Positions 27,233 to 36,658 of a DNA stretch of 64,000 bases are shown here, piece after piece. Source of the stretch: a virus (lineage: Duplodnaviria; Caudoviricetes); the IMG/VR virus record IMGVR_UViG_3300033075_001536, positions 32,001 to 96,000 of that record; one strand, 5' to 3'. Numbering within the stretch: position 1 is the first letter of the stretch; every line of letters starts with the position of its first letter. The position numbers and the translations under genes were made by a program. The notes below the pieces were generated by a model, which worked only from the letters and a program-made list of their open reading frames with translations, searched no databases and was not told where the DNA came from.

Positions 27233-27793
27233 TTACTCTGTTGTTTCGATGGAAAATTCCTCATCTTCTTCACCAAAATCCTTATCCAATTCTAATTTTA
27301 GTTCAATTAATTTATCTTCGTTTAGGTCTTTAATTTTAATTGTTTTAGAAACTTGTCCAATTAATTCGTTGTTTTTGTCTTGATCATATTTCTTAAATTT
27401 AACATAACAATTTTCTATATCCTTCCAAGAAAAATCTTTTTCTTTATCTTCTGGTATAGCATCTTTTAGTTGAATCATGACAAATAGATTATAGAAATAT
27501 TTAGCATCAGTAAATTTAAAAGTTACAGAATCATATTGTTTAGAATATTTAGAAATTTCTGAGGATTCTAGTCTTAGATTTAAATCCTTAAAATTCATCT
27601 TATCACCTTTTTCTTTTTTTTCACCTTTAGCCTGAGCATCTGCCAATGTTTCAACTTTCTCAGGTTCTCCTTCGGATTCACCAAAGTAAGAATCTATTTT
27701 TGTTTTTATTTGTTGCAAGGCAGTGGATACATAGGTCTCTGGAGTATCTTGGAAATTCTCTAAAACAAATTGTTTATATTTTACGATCTTCAT
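27233..27793 (-). CDS. Acidic CTS-like-tagged hypothetical protein
   Basis: MKIVKYKQFVLEN. Confidence 0.75.
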   Translation of the reverse strand: MKIVKYKQFVLENFQDTPETYVSTALQQIKTKIDSYFGESEGEPEKVETLADAQAKGEKKEKGDKMNFKDLNLRLESSEISKYSKQYDSVTFKFTDAKYFYNLFVMIQLKDAIPEDKEKDFSWKDIENCYVKFKKYDQDKNNELIGQVSKTIKIKDLNEDKLIELKLELDKDFGEEDEEFSIETTE

Positions 27794-27799
27794 ATTTTT

Positions 27800-27829
27800 T
27801 ATATATTAAAATTCATAAATCAATATATA
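27800..27829. promoter_or_regulatory. Divergent AATATATA boxes
   Basis: tatatatt 27800-27807; aatatata 27822-27829. Confidence 0.65.
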
Positions 27830-27833
27830 AGTA

Positions 27834-28268
27834 ATGTTAAAATATGATAAATTTATAATTGAGAAGTTATGGAAGGACATTGAAGAGCTTGGATACATTC
27901 TATCAGATGAAAATATCCACCACACTATTGTTCAATATCATGCTGAATTTGATTGGAGAATTAAAAGTGGTATAGGAGAAGTTTTAAAAATGGGTCGTAT
28001 TATTAGGCGTTTACTTGGATCAGAATTATTTACAAATTTGGAAATTTCTAATGTAATAAGGAAAATAAATAAAAACCAAAATTATTTAGGAACAATAATT
28101 ATACACCCACAAAATACAGGATTTTCATACATCACATCTAAATGGTTCAGAAATATTGACGATGATCCAAACTATCTAGAATACTTGGATAGAGTGGAGG
28201 AGACCATCCAAGGGTATGGATTCAAACTAGAAATAGATAATAAGGTATTTCTCAATATTTTTAAATAA
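27834..28268 (+). CDS. CTS-like-tagged paralog-family protein with inserted K.GR..R.L module
   Basis: MLKYDKFIIEK; DIEELGYILSDE; LKMGRIIRRLL; EYLDRVEE..QGYGF. Confidence 0.75.
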   Translation: MLKYDKFIIEKLWKDIEELGYILSDENIHHTIVQYHAEFDWRIKSGIGEVLKMGRIIRRLLGSELFTNLEISNVIRKINKNQNYLGTIIIHPQNTGFSYITSKWFRNIDDDPNYLEYLDRVEETIQGYGFKLEIDNKVFLNIFK

Positions 28269-28279
28269 TATATAAGATC

Positions 28280-29041
28280 ATGAAATATTTAAAACTATTT
28301 GAGGGATTTTCCAAAGGTCCAGAATTTAAAGTTACAAAATTAGAACTGTCTCCAGATAAAGAAGGATTTGTGGAAGCTACCATTGAATGGAGTACAGAAA
28401 AAAGAATTCTAGAAATGGAAGATTATTATTTCCTTGCTTATATTCAAAAAGAAAATGAGAATTTAAAAGCATATATAAGTGGTCTAAAAGGAGAATCTCC
28501 AGAAATGATATTGGGTGACTTACAAGAAATTGGGGTTTCTTTAAAACCAATTATGCAAAAATATGTGGATGAAAAAATGACTATGGAAGAATTCGAAAAA
28601 TTAAATTGGGATCCTTCTCAAGTTTCGGATGCTGATGTTAAAGGTATTTTTGATGATGAAGATGGTGATGTTGGATTATTAGAAGAAGGTTGGAAAAGTT
28701 GGGTCGCTGGTGCTTTATTATTTTTAACATCTTGTGATAGTGTTACTATTAAGGACAAAACAGGAAAAGAACTTCCTGTACATTATGTTGATGAAAAATA
28801 TACCACCACCGGAACAATTATTGAACTAACAAAAATGCCAATGAAAAATGCCACTCAATATGAAATTACTGTAAAAGACGATAGTACTGGTAATAACATA
28901 TATATAGAAAAACACGCAATGAATCCATTTCCGGATGATGAAACTCCAGCAAATTGGTGGATGTCTAATCTAAAGGAAGGATCTAGAGTAAAAATAGTTT
29001 GTAGAGATGATTGTAAAGTTTATCTACTTGATAAAAAATAA
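28280..29041 (+). CDS. CTS-like-tagged protein with internal lipoprotein-type signal and OB-like C-terminus
   Basis: MKYLKLFEGF; internal LLEEGWKSWVAGALLFLTSC. Confidence 0.75.
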   Translation: MKYLKLFEGFSKGPEFKVTKLELSPDKEGFVEATIEWSTEKRILEMEDYYFLAYIQKENENLKAYISGLKGESPEMILGDLQEIGVSLKPIMQKYVDEKMTMEEFEKLNWDPSQVSDADVKGIFDDEDGDVGLLEEGWKSWVAGALLFLTSCDSVTIKDKTGKELPVHYVDEKYTTTGTIIELTKMPMKNATQYEITVKDDSTGNNIYIEKHAMNPFPDDETPANWWMSNLKEGSRVKIVCRDDCKVYLLDKK

Positions 29042-29074
29042 AAAACCCTCACAAATTTCTCTGTAAGGGTCTTT
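29041..29074. terminator. Possible bidirectional terminator between convergent genes
   Basis: accct-c-aca / tgt-a-agggt imperfect stem flanked by A and T runs. Confidence 0.45.
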
Positions 29075-29093
29075 CATCCAAGCTGTTGAAAAA

Positions 29094-30992
29094 TTATTCT
29101 TTTACTTCTTCAAAAGTAGCATCTTGAACATTTTCAAATCCACCATTTGGATTCTCTGTGGTTTGAGGATCTTGTTGAGTGGTTTGTGTATTCTGATACA
29201 TTTTTGTGGAAATAGAATTCCAAGTTTCGGTTAACTTTTGTGTTGAAGAGTCGATAGAAGATAAATCTTTTGACTCATAAGCTTTCTTTAAATCCGCTAA
29301 AGCATCCTTTAGACTTGATTTATCTGATTCACTTAATTTTTCATCAAATTCCTTGATCTGCTTTTCAGTTGAAAAGATAAGATTGTCAGCTTGATTTAGC
29401 TTTTCAATTTTTTCTTTTTCTTGACGATCAGATTCAGCATTATCTTCAGCCTCCTTTTTCATACGAGCAACCTCTTCTTTTGAAAGTTGAGATCCACCTT
29501 CAATGCGAATTCTATTTTCTTTAGAAGTTGCCTTATCCTTTGCGGTAACCGATAGAATACCATTAGCATCAATGTCTAATGAAATTTCAATTTGTGGAAT
29601 ACCTCTTGGAGCTGGCATAATTCCTTCTAAGTGGAAACGACCCAAAGAACGATTGTCTTTAGCCATTGGTCTTTCACCTTGAAGAACATGAACCTCAACC
29701 GATGGTTGATTGTCAGAAGCAGTTGAGAATGTTTCTGATTTTTTGGTTGGAATAGTTGTGTTTGCTTCAATTAATTTGGTAAATACCCCACCCATCGTTT
29801 CGATACCAAGTGATAGTGGTGTTACATCAAGTAGCAAAACATCAGTAATATTTCCAGTTAAAACCGCCCCTTGAATAGCTGCTCCGATAGCAACTACCTC
29901 ATCTGGGTTAACAGATTTATTTGGTTTTTTACCAAAGAACTTTTCAACAGCTTCTTGAACAGCTGGAATTCTTGTAGAGCCACCTACTAAAATTACTTCT
30001 TCGATTTCAGATAATTTAATATCTGCGCTCTTGATAGCTGATTTGCAACATTTGATCGTTCTATCTACTAAAGCAGATGTCATTTGATCAAATTTAGCTC
30101 TTGTTAGAGTCTTTACATAGTGTAGTGGAACACCATCTAAAGCAGTGATATAAGGAAGATTGATCTCAGATTGTGTTGTTGAGGACAATTCAATCTTAGC
30201 TTTTTCAGCAGCCTCCTTTAATCTTTGAAGAGCCATTGGATCTTTTGAAAGGTCCATGTTGTGCTCTGATTTGAACTCAGAAACCATCCAATTAATAATT
30301 TCGTTGTCAAAGTCATCCCCACCAAGGTGTGTATCACCATCAGTTGATTTAACTTCAAATACTCCATCACCAATCTCTAGAACAGATATATCGAATGTTC
30401 CTCCTCCAAGATCATAAACGATAATTTTCTGATCTTTTTCTTTCTTATCAAGTCCATAAGCAAGTGCCGCAGCTGTTGGCTCATTGATAATTCTTTCCAC
30501 TTTAAGTCCAGCAATTTGACCAGCTTCAATAGTTGCTGTTCTCTCAGCATCACCGAAATAGGCTGGAACAGTGATAACTGCACGAGTTACTTCATGTCCT
30601 AAATAATCTTCAGCAGTTTTCTTCATTTTTTGAAGAATCATAGCTGAAATTTCTTGTGGGGTGAAGGTTCTATCACCAATTTCAACAGCTGGAACATTTT
30701 TTCCAACCTTAACTACTTTATACGGAACTCTTTTAATCTCATCCGAACAATGAGAAAAATCTTTTCCAATAAATCGCTTGATCGAATAAACTGTTTGTGT
30801 CGGGTTGGTAACAGCTTGTCTCTTTGCTGGATCACCAATTTTACGATCCTTATCAGTGAATCCAACTACTGACGGAGTTGTTCTTTTTCCTTCCGAATTT
30901 GTGATGATGATTGGTTCTCCATTCTCAACAACCGCAACAGCGCTGTTAGTGGTCCCCAAATCAATTCCCAGAATTACATTTTCTTTTGCCAT
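29094..30992 (-). CDS. dnaK: Chaperone DnaK (Hsp70)
   Basis: GIDLGTTNS; TVPAYF; DLGGGTFD; LVGGSTRIP; NPDEVVA. Confidence 0.98.
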   Translation of the reverse strand: MAKENVILGIDLGTTNSAVAVVENGEPIIITNSEGKRTTPSVVGFTDKDRKIGDPAKRQAVTNPTQTVYSIKRFIGKDFSHCSDEIKRVPYKVVKVGKNVPAVEIGDRTFTPQEISAMILQKMKKTAEDYLGHEVTRAVITVPAYFGDAERTATIEAGQIAGLKVERIINEPTAAALAYGLDKKEKDQKIIVYDLGGGTFDISVLEIGDGVFEVKSTDGDTHLGGDDFDNEIINWMVSEFKSEHNMDLSKDPMALQRLKEAAEKAKIELSSTTQSEINLPYITALDGVPLHYVKTLTRAKFDQMTSALVDRTIKCCKSAIKSADIKLSEIEEVILVGGSTRIPAVQEAVEKFFGKKPNKSVNPDEVVAIGAAIQGAVLTGNITDVLLLDVTPLSLGIETMGGVFTKLIEANTTIPTKKSETFSTASDNQPSVEVHVLQGERPMAKDNRSLGRFHLEGIMPAPRGIPQIEISLDIDANGILSVTAKDKATSKENRIRIEGGSQLSKEEVARMKKEAEDNAESDRQEKEKIEKLNQADNLIFSTEKQIKEFDEKLSESDKSSLKDALADLKKAYESKDLSSIDSSTQKLTETWNSISTKMYQNTQTTQQDPQTTENPNGGFENVQDATFEEVKE

Positions 30993-31020
30993 AATTTAAT
31001 TTGTTTTTAATATATATCTA

Positions 31021-31060
31021 TCAAATATCGTGCCAATTTAAAATCAGACATTTTGACAGT
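31021..31060 (-). promoter_or_regulatory. Putative sigma54-like -24/-12 promoter with upstream TGTC boxes before dnaK
   Basis: Minus strand ACTGTCAAAATGTCTG-N-TGGCACGATATTTGA (GG-N10-GA versus consensus GG-N10-GC). Confidence 0.5.
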
Positions 31061-31105
31061 GTTAGATGAATTAACTGTTTATATATGGTGTATAATTAGA
31101 AAAGT

Positions 31106-32710
31106 TTAATTAAATCCTAACCAATTTTTTACTTTTCTACCGAAGCTTGGATGTGTTCGATCATATTCCTCTTGTTCAAGTCTTTGTCTTTCGATTTCAG
31201 CAAGTCTTTGCCTTTCTTGTTCTTGTCTTTGCCTTTCTACCTGGTCAGCTATTGATTTATCATGTGTCTCTTTTGCCTTTCTTTTTTCCTCTTCGACTCT
31301 TTTCTTTTCAGACTCTTCTTCTAACTCGTTCTTATAAAACTTAATAAGAGCATTTCTTAAATTTTCAAGACCAAAAATAGTATCTATGACATCAGATGAT
31401 TTTTTGCTTATTGGAATGCTTAGATCCGAAAACCCTTTCATATTTGGACCACATATATTATTTAAATCATTAAATAGAGTAGTTGGTCTCCTATTCTTAT
31501 AGATAAAAAATACATTGGTGGTTGTTTCACCATCATAGTTTTCTGGCTTAGTATCTGTTAGATTAACTACTAAGTTATCACGATTGTTAATAAATGGGAC
31601 ACATAACCATTCCCGACCTTTACTATTTTTGAAGATAGAACATTCTGGATTTTTGGTTAAAAATTCCTCTTGTTTCCAAATACCTGTTTTAAAAGCAATG
31701 GATAATAATGGTGTTGGTAGGTATTTTTTTAGTTCCATTCTATGCTTAGTTATTTCGTAATATACTTTTTGATTAATAATTGGGTATAAATTATTTGTTT
31801 TACCATCAAATTCATAGACATAATACCCTTCGAGTCCAATAATTTTATTGAATTGTCCATTCACAGTAAGTAAATAGGAAGGTCCTTCGGTACTTTTAAT
31901 ATCAACTTCAAATATGACATATTCTTCTATTTTTTCAATATCTCCTTTACCCAACAAATACAATTTTTTATTTTTGTCAAATGTTATAATTGCTTCTTTT
32001 CCTAAAATTTTATCATAGGATATAACACCAACTTCTTCACCTTTCATAAATTTTTTAATATTAGAACAAATTCTTTTACCTAACCCATCTGCTATATTTA
32101 ACTCTTTATCATTATCATCAAAAGCATAAATTTTGCTACTATCCACATTAAAAGTAAGTCCAAATCGAATATATGGATTAGATGTATTTACATATTTATC
32201 TAGATAATTTGTATTTGGTGTCAGTAGTTTTTTACCAATCTTTTTAATCACTACCCATTGTTGATTTTTTCCAGGATTGTGGTTGGTATATTTATCAAAA
32301 TAAGATTTGGTTTTTATACACCAAGAAGGAGATCCACAATTAAGAAGTCCTTCGTAAGTCATTACTCTAAAATAATCATAAACCCCATCCGTAAATTGAA
32401 ATTTATACCCATTATCTGCTTGTACAGAGGTTTTGTCCATTAGATAATCAGATAATTGAATGTAGTCTAACTTTAATGCTTCACCAGCATTAATATTTAA
32501 TTCGACCAAAGAATTATAAATAGATTGAAGCTCGTCTAATGGAACATTATCAACAAAATGTAATTTAGTTAGAAGTCCTAGGTATCCAGATTTGTCTTTA
32601 GACATCTCTCTAATTTTAATAAAATCCTCATCCTTATCATATAGTCCTTTTTTTCTAAGAACAGAACGAGCATAATTTAGATTTTCAAATAAATGGAATT
32701 TGGTGACCAT
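31106..32710 (-). CDS. CTS-like-tagged protein with G-x(3)-WCIK motif and C-terminal coiled coil
   Basis: MVTKFHLFEN; CGSPSWCIK; E/R/Q-rich tail; paralog of 1..1479. Confidence 0.8.
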   Translation of the reverse strand: MVTKFHLFENLNYARSVLRKKGLYDKDEDFIKIREMSKDKSGYLGLLTKLHFVDNVPLDELQSIYNSLVELNINAGEALKLDYIQLSDYLMDKTSVQADNGYKFQFTDGVYDYFRVMTYEGLLNCGSPSWCIKTKSYFDKYTNHNPGKNQQWVVIKKIGKKLLTPNTNYLDKYVNTSNPYIRFGLTFNVDSSKIYAFDDNDKELNIADGLGKRICSNIKKFMKGEEVGVISYDKILGKEAIITFDKNKKLYLLGKGDIEKIEEYVIFEVDIKSTEGPSYLLTVNGQFNKIIGLEGYYVYEFDGKTNNLYPIINQKVYYEITKHRMELKKYLPTPLLSIAFKTGIWKQEEFLTKNPECSIFKNSKGREWLCVPFINNRDNLVVNLTDTKPENYDGETTTNVFFIYKNRRPTTLFNDLNNICGPNMKGFSDLSIPISKKSSDVIDTIFGLENLRNALIKFYKNELEEESEKKRVEEEKRKAKETHDKSIADQVERQRQEQERQRLAEIERQRLEQEEYDRTHPSFGRKVKNWLGFN

Positions 32711-32714
32711 TTAT

Positions 32715-32736
32715 TATATATTAAAACTAATATATA
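32715..32736. promoter_or_regulatory. Divergent AATATATA boxes
   Basis: tatatatt 32715-32722; aatatata 32729-32736; both 4 nt from start codons. Confidence 0.7.
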
Positions 32737-32740
32737 AATT

Positions 32741-33196
32741 GTGAAATATTTAAAAAAGTTGAATGAAAGTAAAGATGGTGTCAATCCAATGAATTCTAAA
32801 GATTTGGATGAAGAAATATTGTACATCTGTATGCCCTTAACAGATAGAGGATATAGTTTAGAAGCTCTTCACCAATCAGGATATGTGACTTACAATATTT
32901 TTACACAAAATAGTTTTTTCTTTTATACGAATTATAAAAATGATCTTAAATCAATTGGAAATAAAACTAATAAAGAAAAATTCTTTGAAGACTTTCAATT
33001 ATATACAAAATACTTGAGTATCATAAGCGATGAGTTTCCAGAAGTATTTGATAGAATTTGCTCAATGAAAGGTATAAATGATTTTATGTTCATGGGATGT
33101 GGTATTCAATTTTCATTCAATTATAGTGGTGGGTATATAAAAAGAGCAAATCCGATTATGTTGGCAGGTGATGCTCCATCAAATTATAGAAGTTAA
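32741..33196 (+). CDS. CTS-like-tagged paralog-family protein
   Basis: GTG start, MKYLKKLNES; EEILYICMPLTDRGY...VFDRI. Confidence 0.75.
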   Translation: MKYLKKLNESKDGVNPMNSKDLDEEILYICMPLTDRGYSLEALHQSGYVTYNIFTQNSFFFYTNYKNDLKSIGNKTNKEKFFEDFQLYTKYLSIISDEFPEVFDRICSMKGINDFMFMGCGIQFSFNYSGGYIKRANPIMLAGDAPSNYRS

Positions 33197-33198
33197 AT

Positions 33199-33603
33199 AT
33201 GAATAGTATATACCAACTTATGGAAGAAATAAAATCGATTTCGTATATTATAGAAGATGAAACATTTTCATTTTTTAAACATAAAATTCAATTAAAAATA
33301 TCAGTAGAGCTAGAAAAGGATAGCAATTATGATATTTTTAATATAGTTCTATACCCAGATTGGAGTGAGGAAATATCAAACCGTGGAACAAATTAATATA
33401 TTGTTAGGAAAAGATTTTTATCAAAAATATTAAAGAGTGATCAATTTAAAGAATACTTTGATAGAGTAAAAGAAATTTGTAAATCTGATGGATTTGAATC
33501 ATCAGGAACAAATAATGATGGATCCGAAATACTTATTGGATTTTGGAAAAACAAATCAAGTATAATTAAAGAGTATTACCAGTTTGTCCAAACATTTCTT
33601 TAG
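33199..33603 (+). pseudogene. Paralog-family gene interrupted by in-frame TAA (33394-33396)
   Basis: EEIKSISYIIEDE...; same frame continues YIVRKRFLSKILKSDQFKEYFDRVKEICKSDGF... to TAG at 33603. Confidence 0.75.
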
Positions 33604-34807
33604 CTCTTTCCATCCATCTTTGAGCTTGCTTTAATTGAGAAGTTTCTGACTTAACATATCTTTTGATCATAGTTAGTTTATCACGGCCATCCACCATTCC
33701 CATTACAAATGGGAATAAAGGATGTTTTCTATAATGTAGAGCAAAAGTTTTCCTATCACCATTGATTGGATACTCTGAATATTTTTTATAAAATTCATCT
33801 ATATCATGTGACATTTTATTCACATATCTGGAAACTAAATGTATAACTTGTTCTATTTCAGCAGATTTAGTTGGCTCATCTAACTGAGACATAATATCAT
33901 CAATTTCCTCATCTACAATTAATTTAATTAAAGTGTTTTCACGATTGATTTCAGTGGTAAACAAATGATGTCTATCAAAATACCATTTTGTCTTAACTTT
34001 GATCATCTTACCATTTTCAAATTGCACAATCCATCCTTCTTTTCCTTCTGTAATGTCTGCAGCAGTTACTAAATTATCTAGTACATGCTCTTTCTCAAAA
34101 TTACAAACAGACATAGAATCTAATTTATCCGAAAATTGATTGATATCTAAATACTTACCAGTTTTATTGTCTCTTATTCTAAGTAAAATAAGTTGTGTAT
34201 TTGCATAAGGAACCACAATTCTATTAGTTGGTGAAACATACTCAAAAATTGGAACAATGTCTCTATCAACACAGAATTTTATAAACTCTTGCACGGTCTT
34301 ATCCTCTCCATATATTCTCTGAATTTCAATTGCTTGATCGGATATAAAGGACATTTTAGACCTTCCAACAATCTTTCCATTTGGAAGTGGAATAAAGGAG
34401 GCAAGTGATCCATCTTCTTTATTCATAACATTTAAAACTTTATAATCCTTTACCACCGAATACATAGAATCCGGAGTTTGATTGAGATTAAAAAACTTAT
34501 CTAAAAGTAAATATCTTTTAAATAAAGATCCATCTTTATTAAACACAAAAGTCAGCCCCCTCATTTCAAATGCTTTTACATTTGGTTTTTCTGGAATTGG
34601 GTTAATAAATGAGTTAAAGGTAGCAAAACGATAGTTAAACATGGATATAGGATATCCATCTACTTCTGTTTTAACCTCATAAAAAACACCCTCATCATTG
34701 ACATTACACATCTCCACACACTCTTCATATGTTGGTAGATAGTATTCATGAGGAAATTCTTCCTTTGACTCTTTAATAAATTCCATATATTTAAATACTT
34801 TAATCAC
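33566..34807 (-). CDS. T4 Rnl1-like RNA ligase with CTS-like N-terminus
   Basis: EMRGLTF; KFFNLN; motif I KEDGS; IFEYVSP.NRIVV; EGWIV; KVKTKWY; N-terminus MIKVFKYMEFIKES. Confidence 0.9.
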   Translation of the reverse strand: MIKVFKYMEFIKESKEEFPHEYYLPTYEECVEMCNVNDEGVFYEVKTEVDGYPISMFNYRFATFNSFINPIPEKPNVKAFEMRGLTFVFNKDGSLFKRYLLLDKFFNLNQTPDSMYSVVKDYKVLNVMNKEDGSLASFIPLPNGKIVGRSKMSFISDQAIEIQRIYGEDKTVQEFIKFCVDRDIVPIFEYVSPTNRIVVPYANTQLILLRIRDNKTGKYLDINQFSDKLDSMSVCNFEKEHVLDNLVTAADITEGKEGWIVQFENGKMIKVKTKWYFDRHHLFTTEINRENTLIKLIVDEEIDDIMSQLDEPTKSAEIEQVIHLVSRYVNKMSHDIDEFYKKYSEYPINGDRKTFALHYRKHPLFPFVMGMVDGRDKLTMIKRYVKSETSQLKQAQRWMERAKEMFGQTGNTL

Positions 34808-34811
34808 AAAG

Positions 34812-35225
34812 TTAATCTAATTTTTTGAAAGCAAATATTAATCTATCACTAATTAATATATCTATCATCTTTAATCCAATTTCTTCCATTCTACTGTCTA
34901 TTTCTTCTATAAGTTCTATGTGTTTAGGGTCCACATTTTTTTCAATAAGTTTTTCGTCCCCATTCTCTTTATGAATGTAAATTCCGAAATATAAATAGGT
35001 GTGGAAAAACCATTGAACATCTTTTCTAAGAAGTGTTGCTGGTGGGATTCTAAAGCTAACTTGCACTTGATCAATTTTTAAATTATCTTGATAGTTTCTT
35101 TTTTTACCAAATTCTATTTTAAAGTCATTATCATGAAATCCAAATTCATCTAAAAAGTCATTAAAAATGTTTCTAATTTCTTCTTGATCAATTGATTCCT
35201 TAGTAAATTCTATATACTTTTTCAT
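34812..35225 (-). CDS. CTS-like-tagged paralog-family protein
   Basis: MKKYIEFTKES; EEIRNIFNDFLDEFG...SRMEEIGL. Confidence 0.8.
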   Translation of the reverse strand: MKKYIEFTKESIDQEEIRNIFNDFLDEFGFHDNDFKIEFGKKRNYQDNLKIDQVQVSFRIPPATLLRKDVQWFFHTYLYFGIYIHKENGDEKLIEKNVDPKHIELIEEIDSRMEEIGLKMIDILISDRLIFAFKKLD

Positions 35226-36658
35226 ATAATTTCATCTCTTATTTCCATCCAAAGCCAAACAAACCTTTCAAATCCCTCATCCATTTCCTCTCCTTCCATG
35301 CATCTTTCAATAGTTGTTTTTCTTCTATGATAGTCATCTACACTACCAGCAACAAATAGCACAAATTCTTTCATAATAATATCATAACAACCAATCCATA
35401 TATCTGAATCTTTTCCAACTTTATTTTTATACCAAATATCAAAAAATTGATTTCCTCGATGATTTATCCTAAAATCTGGATACTCCTTCATTAAAGATCT
35501 ACTAGTTTCAATATACTTAGAAAACTCACCTTTAATTTCTGACTCATCTACTATTTCCTCAATATAGCTATTAACATCATTTTCATCCTCACCCAACCTT
35601 TTGTATATTTTAATTGGATTTTTTATTTCTTTTTTGGATTCTTTAATCATAATATTATTTGAAAATAAGACAGAAATTGTCATAGAATCAAATTGCCAAT
35701 ATATGTGAACATTTTTTAGCTTAAATCCATCGTCTTCTAATCTCTCACAAGCAATCATAAATTCTTCATCAGATTTTAACTTTATTTCCGATTCTTCACA
35801 AACTTTTGGAAGCCTATCTAAATAGGAATAGTCCGTATTTTCCTCTCTTTTCTTATGTAGTTTCCAATTAAACATTTTAGAGAATTGTTCATGTGGAACT
35901 TCAAATTCAACTCTAAACTCACATTGACCATTAAGAATATCTAACCTTTTCTTTTTATCCTTTAGACTTTTATATCGATGTTTTTTAACATATTCCTTTC
36001 TAAGCTCAACAAGATCACCAGAAACCTCCATTTTTGAATTGTGTATATCATGTTTATCCAAAAAATCCGTAAATATATTTTTAACATCTTCAAGTGATGG
36101 AATAGATATTTTTGATTCCATGGTTGCTTGATATCCACCAAATTCTCCTCTTTCTTTATACCTTTTAGCTTGACTGTCCATTTTTGAGAATCTAAAAACT
36201 ATTTCGTTATAATTGAAATTATTAAAAATCTTAATATCTGGATATCTTAAATAGTATCCAAGATCTTCCACTCTTTCTGATATATCCAATATCAAGTCTG
36301 AAGCATCATCGATATATTTTTTATGAGCATATTTATTTATATCATCATTAGCTCTATGAAACCCATTGAAATCTACATCACCTTTAAAAACTTTAAATTT
36401 TATCACAACTAGAAAGTGTTTTCTTAACAATAGTTCATCAAATGCAAGTTCTTTTTTAGCATGGAATACATATTTATTTAAATGCTCAGCAGTAAAATTT
36501 TTAACCACCTCAAATCCTTCGTGTAAACTAAAATGATCTAAATAATCTGTAAAAATATTTAAAATATCTTCATCATCAATTGGATGATTATCATCTTGCC
36601 AATTTCCATCCACCCATTTTTCACCAATAAAATCTTTATATTTATTCAGAATTGCCAT
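35222..36658 (-). CDS. CTS-like-tagged multidomain protein with two tandem family domains
   Basis: EDILNIFTDYLD...ERVEDLGY and EDVKNIFTDFLD...ERLEDDGF; internal TMES and IKES junctions. Confidence 0.8.
   Translation of the reverse strand: MAILNKYKDFIGEKWVDGNWQDDNHPIDDEDILNIFTDYLDHFSLHEGFEVVKNFTAEHLNKYVFHAKKELAFDELLLRKHFLVVIKFKVFKGDVDFNGFHRANDDINKYAHKKYIDDASDLILDISERVEDLGYYLRYPDIKIFNNFNYNEIVFRFSKMDSQAKRYKERGEFGGYQATMESKISIPSLEDVKNIFTDFLDKHDIHNSKMEVSGDLVELRKEYVKKHRYKSLKDKKKRLDILNGQCEFRVEFEVPHEQFSKMFNWKLHKKREENTDYSYLDRLPKVCEESEIKLKSDEEFMIACERLEDDGFKLKNVHIYWQFDSMTISVLFSNNIMIKESKKEIKNPIKIYKRLGEDENDVNSYIEEIVDESEIKGEFSKYIETSRSLMKEYPDFRINHRGNQFFDIWYKNKVGKDSDIWIGCYDIIMKEFVLFVAGSVDDYHRRKTTIERCMEGEEMDEGFERFVWLWMEIRDEII

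Noticed and set aside
34806-34813. TAACTTTG host-type promoter at the RNA ligase start
   Set aside because: Overlaps the upstream stop codon and the GTG start, leaving no room for a transcription start; likely coincidental
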